In this document: positions 1 to 7,389 of the stretch, one piece after another
Layout: each line of letters starts with the position of its first letter
Position numbering within the stretch: the first letter of the stretch is position 1
Assembly: GCA_018238625.1 (NCBI GenBank)
Contig: JABCSY010000072.1
Location: 1 to 20,498 of the forward strand
DNA length: 20,498 nt
From: Promethearchaeota archaeon
GTDB lineage: Archaea > Asgardarchaeota > Lokiarchaeia > Sigyniarchaeales > SOKP01
Direction: 5' to 3'
Notes under the pieces: model-generated
Database searches by the model: none
Seen by the model: only the letters and a program-made list of their open reading frames with translations
Told to the model about the DNA's origin: nothing
Made by a program: the position numbers and the translations under genes

Positions 1-68
1 CTTTCATCAGAGAAAAAATCACGTGGGGTGGTCGGATAAATTACAAATAATGTCGGCTTGCTGACCAT
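1..68 (-). CDS. Possible partial CDS running off the window (MVSKPTLFVIYPTTPRDFFSDE...)
   Basis: ATG at 68-66 on the minus strand, open to the window edge and preceded by AT-rich intergenic DNA. Too short to assign a function. Confidence 0.3.
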   Translation of the reverse strand, partial: MVSKPTLFVIYPTTPRDFFSDE

Positions 69-161
69 CGAAAATAATAATAAAAAAAATAAATACTTAG
101 ATACTGATAAAAAAAAAGAAAAGAATTTTGTGAGTATTTTTCAGTATTTCTTCTATTCCTG

Positions 162-455
162 TTAATCTTCGACGCGAGTAAAATACCATTTGTACAATAA
201 AGCTTGATTTCCAGCGAATATTCCAACCCTATCTCCATCGCTTACTTTTTTGTTAAATCCAGAGTACACTCCATTTACAAAGATGTGGCTGGTTTCACTT
301 TCATCGATCGAAAGTTTCTTTAGAATGTCAGATACGCGCTTTATTCCTTCAGCACTTATTTCTACGTTAGTTGGGCTCTTTGGAGATTTTTGTTTTGATA
401 TTTTCGTTGCTAAATCACCGAATAACTTAACTAAAATTGTCATCTTTTTAGGCAC
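162..455 (-). CDS. MoaD/ThiS-like beta-grasp (ubiquitin-like) protein lacking the C-terminal Gly-Gly
   Basis: Pattern ILVKLFGDL...VSDILKKLSI...IFVNG...VSDGDRVGIF is typical of the MoaD/ThiS fold. It lies 6 nt downstream of the AOR gene, a common pairing. Start is GTG 455 or ATG 443. Confidence 0.8.
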   Translation of the reverse strand: MPKKMTILVKLFGDLATKISKQKSPKSPTNVEISAEGIKRVSDILKKLSIDESETSHIFVNGVYSGFNKKVSDGDRVGIFAGNQALLYKWYFTRVED

Positions 456-461
456 TTAAGA

Positions 462-2195
462 TTAAAACACGCTATCTAAATCTTCATCTGGTACATCGAA
501 CACTCCATTGTGAGGTGGCAGTGGTTCTTTTAGTAGAAACTCCGGTAATCTGTCGTCTGCGTTAGTAAATCCTGCTGCTTTATTGAACTTTATTTCGGTA
601 TCAATTATAGACTTTCCTAATCCTGCGATGTCGTTAACAGTTAAATTAATTCCCAATACACCATTTACGGATTCTACCATTCCTTCTAGACCTTCGGGGA
701 TATCTAATACGGCAAAAGCGGTAAATAGACAATAACCCGTAGCATCAATTACAGCAGTTGCGAACTGTAAATTCCTTGATAATTCAGCTTTTAATTTAGG
801 GTCTCTAGGATCTGCGGTACCGCCCACTCCCATAATCTCTGTTGCAATAGCGTACCCTGCCGTGTGGTCTGCCCCCATTGGAGTTGTTGCGTAAGTTACA
901 CCAATACCTTTAATTGCTCTAGGATCGTAAGCCGGTAGCGCTTGGTTCTTTACTACGGGGACTCTTGTTACGCCCATAGCTTTTCCAGTAAATCCCGTAC
1001 CATTTGCTAATATCCTTCCTGTCGGAGTCTTCTTTCTAATTTCTTCCATGAGCTTTAACGCTCCCTTTGCGTCTCCGAATTCGATTAATCCACCTTCCAT
1101 CGCTACGGCAATTGTGGCCCCCATTTCAATCGTGTCAAGTCCTAAGTCGTTACACGCACGATTTAGCTCGCCAACATCGTCTAAGTTGTAAATGCTACAA
1201 TTTGCTCCTAAAGCCCAAACAGATTCGTATTCTAAAACGCCAACTGGATCTTTACCGCCTGGTTTTGTCCACACTTCAGAGCATTGAATAACGCAACCTG
1301 GGCTACAGAAATGAGGACGAACGCCGCCTCTCTTCTTTATTTCCTCCGCCTTTTTCTCGCCTGAAAGGTTTTCAGATCTATCGTCTTGGCCAGATGAGAA
1401 GTTTCTCTGGGGCAAACCTCCTGCTTCGTTTATGATATTAACTAAAACGCCTGTACCATAAGTGTTTAACGCGCCTCCAGGTTTTGTCACATCGTGAGAA
1501 GTAAGTGCGTCTGTTAACTTTTTAGCGCCTTTTTTAAAAACTTCTGGGTTTTTAATTTCAACGCCTGGCGCTCCTGCATCGTCAACAACTACGAATTTTA
1601 ATCCTTTTGACGCCATAACGGCTCCAAGTCCGCCTCTTCCCGCGTACCTACTAGGTAAACCTTCAGGATCGTTAAAACAGACCCCAGAAGCTGTCCCTAA
1701 AATTTCTGCAGCTATTCCACAACTACTGACGCTTACTTTAGCTCCGAATTCTTTATAAAGGTCTTTGTAGACTTGATAAAGCCCTTTTCCAGACCACTTA
1801 TTTGCATTTATTAATTCAACGCCATCGTTAGTTATTTTTAGAAGATAATAGTCGCTCCCTTCGTGCTTTCCTTCCAATATTATTGCAGCGATTTGTAGTC
1901 GAGCTAACCTCTGAGCGAACGTAGTACCTGCGTTTGCTTCCTTAATCCCGCCCGTTAAGGGGGATTTTGCCCCTACTGATATTCGTCCTGATGTAGGCGC
2001 TGAAGTTCCCGTAACAATACCGGGTGCAAATACAAGTTTATTGTTTGGACCCAAAGGATGGCAAAGAGGGGGTACCTCGTTTGCTACAATCGTCGAAGTA
2101 AGCGAACGGCCTCCAAGAGCCATGTAATCTTGAGGAAAATCCTCAAATTTGGCTTCAAGTTTATTCATATTTACTCTTAACATTCTTTTTGGCAT
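462..2195 (-). CDS. aor: Aldehyde:ferredoxin oxidoreductase (tungsten-pterin AOR family)
   Basis: Family motifs KSPLTGGIKEANAGT, AGRGGLGAVMASKGLK, CSPGCVIQC, EYESVWALG, LGLDTIEMG, GADHT and DDRLP. Start placed at ATG 2195 behind a GGTGA Shine-Dalgarno-like site; the ORF track uses GTG 2204. Confidence 0.95.
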   Translation of the reverse strand: MPKRMLRVNMNKLEAKFEDFPQDYMALGGRSLTSTIVANEVPPLCHPLGPNNKLVFAPGIVTGTSAPTSGRISVGAKSPLTGGIKEANAGTTFAQRLARLQIAAIILEGKHEGSDYYLLKITNDGVELINANKWSGKGLYQVYKDLYKEFGAKVSVSSCGIAAEILGTASGVCFNDPEGLPSRYAGRGGLGAVMASKGLKFVVVDDAGAPGVEIKNPEVFKKGAKKLTDALTSHDVTKPGGALNTYGTGVLVNIINEAGGLPQRNFSSGQDDRSENLSGEKKAEEIKKRGGVRPHFCSPGCVIQCSEVWTKPGGKDPVGVLEYESVWALGANCSIYNLDDVGELNRACNDLGLDTIEMGATIAVAMEGGLIEFGDAKGALKLMEEIRKKTPTGRILANGTGFTGKAMGVTRVPVVKNQALPAYDPRAIKGIGVTYATTPMGADHTAGYAIATEIMGVGGTADPRDPKLKAELSRNLQFATAVIDATGYCLFTAFAVLDIPEGLEGMVESVNGVLGINLTVNDIAGLGKSIIDTEIKFNKAAGFTNADDRLPEFLLKEPLPPHNGVFDVPDEDLDSVF

Positions 2196-2241
2196 AAAAT
2201 TCACCTTAATTTTTAGGCTATTAATAATTGTGAATAGTTAT

Positions 2242-2249
2242 TATATAAA
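2242..2249 (-). promoter_or_regulatory. Putative TATA box for aor-moaD
   Basis: TTTATATA on the minus strand ~47 nt upstream of ATG 2195. Confidence 0.45.
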
Positions 2250-2372
2250 TTTACGTTATGTTTTTTTAGACCGAACGTATTCAACATGTATTCTTCGGTT
2301 AAATCTTGATATGACTCTGTTTTGCTGAAATATCGCAAAAAATTGCAAGGATTCTTAAAATAAGTTATTAAA

Positions 2373-2507
2373 CAGGCTCGGAGGGATTTTCCATAAAAAG
2401 CGATACGCTTTTTTCTTTTGAACCCTCAATCTTCGCCTTAGGAGGGCGCTGCTTACTCTTCCGAAAAGATTTCTTTCGAAAACTTATCCAGACTGGGCCA
2501 CGAGCCT
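2373..2507 (-). tRNA. tRNA-Arg (anticodon CCT) with two non-canonical introns (D-arm and T-loop)
   Basis: Minus strand reads AGGCTCG TG GCCC AGTCTGGATA AG[30 nt]GC A GCGCC CTCCTAA GGCGA AGATT GAGGG TTCAA[30 nt]AT CCCTC CGAGCCT G. The 7-bp acceptor stem and 5-bp T stem are perfect. Removing both inserts gives a 75-nt cloverleaf with no encoded CCA. Confidence 0.88.
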
Positions 2508-2530
2508 AGATTAAAAAAATGAATCTTATG

Positions 2531-2538
2531 TTATAAAA
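2531..2538 (-). promoter_or_regulatory. Putative TATA box of the tRNA gene
   Basis: TTTTATAA 24-31 nt upstream of the tRNA 5' end. Confidence 0.45.
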
Positions 2539-2690
2539 ACCATAATAAAATAAAAAATTAGAGATAATAGTGGGATATTTATATCCAAATTACGATGGAA
2601 TAAATAAATCAAAAGGTTTTAATTCTGAACTTTAATTTAAATTATTATTATATAGATTTTTTTGAAATATTATTTTTAGTGTTATAAAAA

Positions 2691-2975
2691 ATGGAAAGAA
2701 GAAGTTACCAACAAAATAGGCCACAAAGACCTATTGATTATTTGAAGAATTCAGTGAATAAGATTATATTAATTAAAGTTAAGAGGAATCGTTTGTTTCG
2801 AGGCAAATTAGCCGGATTTGACGAGCATCTTAACCTGTATCTAGAAGGAACAACTCAGCTTTTTGAATACGTAGATGAGGATGGTTCTGTACACGAAGAG
2901 CACGAAACGCTTGGAGACATCGTTGTACGTGGAGATAACGTGATATTTGTAAATTTGGCTAACCCAGACGGTTAA
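2691..2975 (+). CDS. Sm/LSm-family RNA-binding protein (SmAP)
   Basis: Sm1 motif FRGKLAGFDEHLNLYL, Sm2 motif IVVRGDNVIFV, and N-terminal helix RPIDYL. Confidence 0.93.
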   Translation: MERRSYQQNRPQRPIDYLKNSVNKIILIKVKRNRLFRGKLAGFDEHLNLYLEGTTQLFEYVDEDGSVHEEHETLGDIVVRGDNVIFVNLANPDG

Positions 2976-3139
2976 TAACGCTCTAAAATTAATCCTCTCG
3001 TTCTTAGAAATCCTTATTTGATATTAAATCTCATTTGGATCAAATAAAAACTTATTAGATCGCAATTCTTTAGTAAATAAATAGGAATTGAAATTTGATT
3101 TTTAAATTAAAAAGCAATTTTACGAGAGATCTATAAAAA

Positions 3140-5269
3140 TTGATTGAAGCTGAGAGTGTTAAACCCGAAAAGGCGTTATTAATAAGCCCAAATCTAGGAC
3201 ACCCTCTATTCTTAGATATAGATCGTAAATTCAAGCAAGAAGAATTTGAAGTTAACTTATTATTTGTAAGCAATATAAAAAATACCGATAATTTCGAGAT
3301 GTTCATTAAGCATAGGCTAAGTTTTATCCCCATTCTTGAATACAAGTGGAAACTGAAGGCGTATTTCGAAAAGGAGAAAGAAAGACGATTAGAAAGAAAA
3401 AAGAAAAGAAGTATTTGGGATAAAATTAAAAGCATATTTTCTCGGAAAACAAAAAAGAAGGAAGAAGAATTACCTCCCATTTTGGAGCTTACAGATTCTA
3501 CGGGAAAAAAGTTTGATATTGTGCAAGCCGAAAGAATCGAATCATTAAGGCCGCAAGCATTTAGAGGGGCTTTAATAAAAGGAATTCTTTTAAAGGTAGA
3601 ACCCGTAAAAACCTGTGAGATCGATAAAGTTAAATTCGACAGTTATTATAGTCCTCGAAATTACTTAATTAAGTATAATATTTATTCGGGTTTAAACGAA
3701 TTTTACAAGGCAACAATTCGTTTCAGTTTATCGAAAGAAGTATTGGAATTTTTAGAACGTTTTAATTTTGTTATGTTTGATCTTTGGCAAGAAATGCCCA
3801 ATAAGGAAGTTCGCGTTTCTTATCATTCATTCGTTGTTTCAAAAAATAAATGGAGCGATTTTAAATTCTTTCACGCGACAGATTTACATTTGGCAGAACG
3901 TAACGATAGAATTTACGAAATCGTTAAGAAATGGAATGCTTCAGTGAGAGAATCAGACCTTGGCGAATTACTTGTCAAAGGTGCGAAGGCAGTTTCATTT
4001 TTTCAACGTTTATTAATAAAAAAACCTGAAGACAAAATTCCAATTAAAACTACGGAACCGCTTCGCAAACGATTTATAAACCCTAACAATAACTTTAGGA
4101 AGTTTATTAAGCTTATTAACAAAAAAGTAAATAAGAACGATTTAGATTTTGTTGTTCTAACAGGGGATTTAATAGATTTCGTGATTCTCTCTAAAATACC
4201 CACGGAAAAAAGAAAATCAATAGAATTTAACTATAAGGATAGTAATTGGCGGATATTTAAAGAGATTTTGTTAAATTTTCCTCAAGAGAAAAGAAGAGGG
4301 ATGGTTTCAGGGGAGGAAATTCTTTGTCCCATATTTACTATTCCCGGGAACCACGATTACAGACCTTTTCATTACGACCTTCGGTGGGGAAATTTGTACA
4401 GAAAAATTGGTTTATTACAAAATGAAGTAATAGCTTTGAACAACGAGTTGTTGGCAAACCCAATTAGTTCAATAACTAAGAGTTTCAGCGCTTTGAAAGC
4501 ATATTTGATAGAATTTAACTCTTCATTAGATTATTTTCTCAAGTTAGGAAATAATAATTTTATTTTCTTAAATACTGGCTCAGATTCTTTCAAAAAATTA
4601 ATGGATTTTCTCAGTGGTCATCCATCAGTTACAGGAATTTCAGAAAAACATATTAAATATTTGGAAAATATAATCAATCATAAAATAGAACCAGAAAACA
4701 ATACTTACCTTATGCTTCATGGACCGCCAATCAATCCAAAAAAAAAGATTAGCTCACTTAAACGGTATGCAATGTCGAAACCATCCAAAGAATTAATAAC
4801 AAAAATTGGTGAATTTAAAGAATCTTTAATTCAAAAATTAGGTAAAAATCTCTCCTTAGCTCGAATTGATGACAAATTTGACGTGCAATATGGCGCAATC
4901 TCAACAAACTGGGAGAAACTTCTTAAATTTTGTTTAGATTTCTGCATTCTTACGCTTGCAGGGCATACGCACCAATTAAAAGAATTTAGATTGACCGACC
5001 CACAAGATTTAGAATCTAAAGTCGTTAACACACACACAACGCCTTTTGAATTAAAAAAAATAGATAATCCTGCGGCGATTTATTACGATATTTATTCTGA
5101 ATTATACAACAATCCAGAAGATATCGAAAATAACGCCCCTTTTGTCGTTCAAACGCCTGCATTGGGCTTTGGGAGCTATAAGAACCCTCAATCAGCAAGC
5201 GCTTTTCGAGAGATCGTTATAAAAAAAGGGAAACTCGCTTCTTTTAAAGTTAAGTACTTAAATCGTTAA
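3140..5269 (+). CDS. Large calcineurin-like metallophosphoesterase
   Basis: All five motifs in order: TDLH, LTGDLID, PGNHD, LHGPP, AGHTH. Long N-terminal extension and inserts; TTG start. Confidence 0.85.
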   Translation: MIEAESVKPEKALLISPNLGHPLFLDIDRKFKQEEFEVNLLFVSNIKNTDNFEMFIKHRLSFIPILEYKWKLKAYFEKEKERRLERKKKRSIWDKIKSIFSRKTKKKEEELPPILELTDSTGKKFDIVQAERIESLRPQAFRGALIKGILLKVEPVKTCEIDKVKFDSYYSPRNYLIKYNIYSGLNEFYKATIRFSLSKEVLEFLERFNFVMFDLWQEMPNKEVRVSYHSFVVSKNKWSDFKFFHATDLHLAERNDRIYEIVKKWNASVRESDLGELLVKGAKAVSFFQRLLIKKPEDKIPIKTTEPLRKRFINPNNNFRKFIKLINKKVNKNDLDFVVLTGDLIDFVILSKIPTEKRKSIEFNYKDSNWRIFKEILLNFPQEKRRGMVSGEEILCPIFTIPGNHDYRPFHYDLRWGNLYRKIGLLQNEVIALNNELLANPISSITKSFSALKAYLIEFNSSLDYFLKLGNNNFIFLNTGSDSFKKLMDFLSGHPSVTGISEKHIKYLENIINHKIEPENNTYLMLHGPPINPKKKISSLKRYAMSKPSKELITKIGEFKESLIQKLGKNLSLARIDDKFDVQYGAISTNWEKLLKFCLDFCILTLAGHTHQLKEFRLTDPQDLESKVVNTHTTPFELKKIDNPAAIYYDIYSELYNNPEDIENNAPFVVQTPALGFGSYKNPQSASAFREIVIKKGKLASFKVKYLNR

Positions 5270-5304
5270 TTTAAACATTTTTGATTGAATTTAATGAAGA
5301 GAAT

Positions 5305-5958
5305 TTAATCAATTAAGCTTGTTCCTAATTCAAATGCGCGTATATATCTTGAAGAGTCTTCATGAAATTCTCTTAAAATCGTTAGCACCAGCTTTTCATA
5401 AAATATGTCTCGAAACTCTTTTACTCCGGCCCCTAATGCTATTATGGTGCTGTAATTTGGGGTGTTAAAGTAATTAATTGAGAGTTCGTTGAAATCGAGC
5501 GAAAATACTTTTCGAGCCAATTGATCTAAAATATCAACAATTTGAGCAATGGAAGGATATACGATTTTCTTTTTCGAATCTTGGATGTTTTGCTTTAAAT
5601 CTATTTGATGAGTATTTAAAATCACCACAGTTTTTTCTGAAACGTATTTTAAATTTTTTAAAGTTTCAAAGGGTTCAAGTCCAAAAACTAAATGACTCTC
5701 TCTTATAGGAATTTTCGAGGAATTAAGATCTTCTACAGTGTAATTTTCATCGAGTGAATATACCCTACTATCAATAAGATACCGAATAAACGCTTTCTTC
5801 GATCGTTTCTTTTGTGCTTCATAATCTAAGGTCGACCCAACAGCCTTTTCAATTAAAATACTTTTTTCTCCGTACTCCTTTAGGATATTACGTAAAAACG
5901 AGACTTCTCGCTTATCTACTCCGGTTATCAGGACGTTAAACATGTCTCCAATTAGCAA
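5305..5958 (-). CDS. Divergent IorB / 2-oxoacid:ferredoxin oxidoreductase gamma-subunit-like protein
   Basis: FNVLITGV, IPIRESHLVFGLEPFETLK, VVILNT, YPSIAQI, TIIALGA and RAFELG follow the IorB pattern, but the GVGGQG loop is replaced by GVDKRE. Start may be ATG 5943. Confidence 0.65.
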   Translation of the reverse strand: MLIGDMFNVLITGVDKREVSFLRNILKEYGEKSILIEKAVGSTLDYEAQKKRSKKAFIRYLIDSRVYSLDENYTVEDLNSSKIPIRESHLVFGLEPFETLKNLKYVSEKTVVILNTHQIDLKQNIQDSKKKIVYPSIAQIVDILDQLARKVFSLDFNELSINYFNTPNYSTIIALGAGVKEFRDIFYEKLVLTILREFHEDSSRYIRAFELGTSLID

Positions 5959-6045
5959 TCACTTTATTATTTAATAATTCTAATTCTAAAAAATTCTCAT
6001 CGTTAATTATTCTTATTTATTTACCAAAAATACCTTGTTAACGTC

Positions 6046-6060
6046 AAAAAGGATATAAAT
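6046..6060 (+). promoter_or_regulatory. BRE/TATA promoter of the ArsR gene (probably leaderless mRNA)
   Basis: AAAAAGGATATAAAT ends ~22 nt upstream of ATG 6082. Confidence 0.45.
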
Positions 6061-6081
6061 TCAGAACACTATTGAATATTA

Positions 6082-6450
6082 ATGAAAGATTACCTCGAAG
6101 AGTTATCTAATATTTTTAAAGTTCTAAGTGATCCAACAAGACTCAAATTAATAAGATTACTAGCATTTAATGATGAGGACAAATTTTGCGTAATTGATTT
6201 AGCTGAAAAACTTGGAATTTCTCAACCTGCTGTATCTCAACATATTAATGTTTTAAAAAAGCTTAATATTCTTCAATCAAATAGAGCTCAAGCTCGTATG
6301 TATTACTATATAGACAAAGAAATATTTCGGCAATATAAAGGACAAATTAATAAATTATTCCGAATGGTTTTTGAAAAATGCCCATTTGATGGGAAGTGTG
6401 AAACTTGCCCATTTAAAAGTTATTGTGAAAGACCTATTGAAAGTAAATAG
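6082..6450 (+). CDS. ArsR/SmtB-family transcriptional regulator with C-terminal four-Cys tail
   Basis: FKVLSDPTRLKLIRLL, CVIDLAEKLGISQPAVSQHINVLK and the wing ARMYYYI; tail CPFDGKCETCPFKSYC. Confidence 0.92.
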   Translation: MKDYLEELSNIFKVLSDPTRLKLIRLLAFNDEDKFCVIDLAEKLGISQPAVSQHINVLKKLNILQSNRAQARMYYYIDKEIFRQYKGQINKLFRMVFEKCPFDGKCETCPFKSYCERPIESK

Positions 6451-6528
6451 CCCTTGTAAGATTTTCTTTTAATTTTCATCAAAGAATAATACTAATTTCT
6501 CTCAAATAATTTTTTGAAAAACCTTAAA

Positions 6529-6562
6529 TATAAGCAGTTACTTATATAAGTGTTCACTTATA
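6529..6562. promoter_or_regulatory. Two overlapping TATAAG-N6-CTTATA palindromes, putative operator
   Basis: TATAAG-cagtta-CTTATA (6529-6546) and TATAAG-tgttca-CTTATA (6545-6562), overlapping a BRE/TATA-like GAAAAACCTTAAATA. Confidence 0.7.
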
Positions 6563-6585
6563 CAACTGTTTAACGGTGTTAAAAA

Positions 6586-7272
6586 ATTAAAAGCAACAAT
6601 AATAAATGGATTATCTTAGGATTAGGGCTCGCTATTCTTTTTGGCATGACTTTTATAAAAACACCAGAAGAAATTACGCAAATGCTCGTAAACATAACAA
6701 CTCAATTAGAAATATTCTTTTTAATTGTTCATGGACTCTTTTTAGCAGTGTTACTTATTGGATTTTTTTATAAAAAAGTTAGAAATATTTTATTTTTCTC
6801 GTTTATAGCTTTTCTATCCATTGCTGGGTTAGTGATTTCCACGATATTCGTAGTCTTGCCAAATATCATAATGTTTGGTATAATTTCCATCCTTATAATT
6901 AATGCATTTAGAAAAAAAGAGCTTAACTTTGAGCTGAAAAATTTAAATTTCCCAAGTATAATATTTGGGACAATAGGATTAATATTTGGCTTTTGGTATT
7001 TACATTGGGTCGAAGATCCTATTTGGATTAATGCGCTATTTTATTCACCCATAGGGGGTGTAAATTGCCCCACAATGCTTACTATTTTAGCGTTTCTTTG
7101 TTTTACAATAGAACCCAGATCAAACATATTAGAAGTAGCTGTTGGAGTAATAACTCTTTACTTTGGTTTTTTTGGTATCTTTTTACTAGGAGCTTATATT
7201 GATATAATTTTGATTGTTTGTGGCTTGTTTCTATTAATGAGAGCTTATTTAATCCACAAAAAAAGTAATTAA
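6586..7272 (+). CDS. Polytopic membrane protein of unknown function
   Basis: About 7 hydrophobic segments and a conserved-looking SPIGGVNCPT loop. The ORF track starts at ATG 6646, but the frame is open from 6583 and encodes a further hydrophobic helix (KWIILGLGLAILFG), so the start is tentatively ATT 6586. Confidence 0.75.
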   Translation: MKSNNNKWIILGLGLAILFGMTFIKTPEEITQMLVNITTQLEIFFLIVHGLFLAVLLIGFFYKKVRNILFFSFIAFLSIAGLVISTIFVVLPNIIMFGIISILIINAFRKKELNFELKNLNFPSIIFGTIGLIFGFWYLHWVEDPIWINALFYSPIGGVNCPTMLTILAFLCFTIEPRSNILEVAVGVITLYFGFFGIFLLGAYIDIILIVCGLFLLMRAYLIHKKSN

Positions 7273-7389
7273 ATCTTCATTTTTTTTTAATCTATATCTA
7301 TTTTATAGAAAATAGCTATGAAAGAGAGATTAAAAAAGGAAAGAAAAATAGATAAGGTTTATAGAAGTTTAATGATGAACTGGTCGACC

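Noticed and set aside
1-70. Imperfect hairpin (GGTGGTCGG...CTGACCATC) and a minus-strand CTGATGA suggesting a hammerhead ribozyme, C/D-box RNA or SECIS
   Set aside because: Truncated by the window edge, the remaining core elements cannot be seen, and the region also reads as a plausible protein N-terminus.
41-459. Track ORFs 41..238 (-) and 250..459 (+)
   Set aside because: They overlap the MoaD-like gene or low-complexity AT-rich DNA and have no motifs.
2270-2339. Short inverted repeats ACCGAA-N18-TTCGGT and TTTGC-N9-GCAAA upstream of aor
   Set aside because: Arms are too short to distinguish from chance; no recognisable Moco/Wco riboswitch structure.
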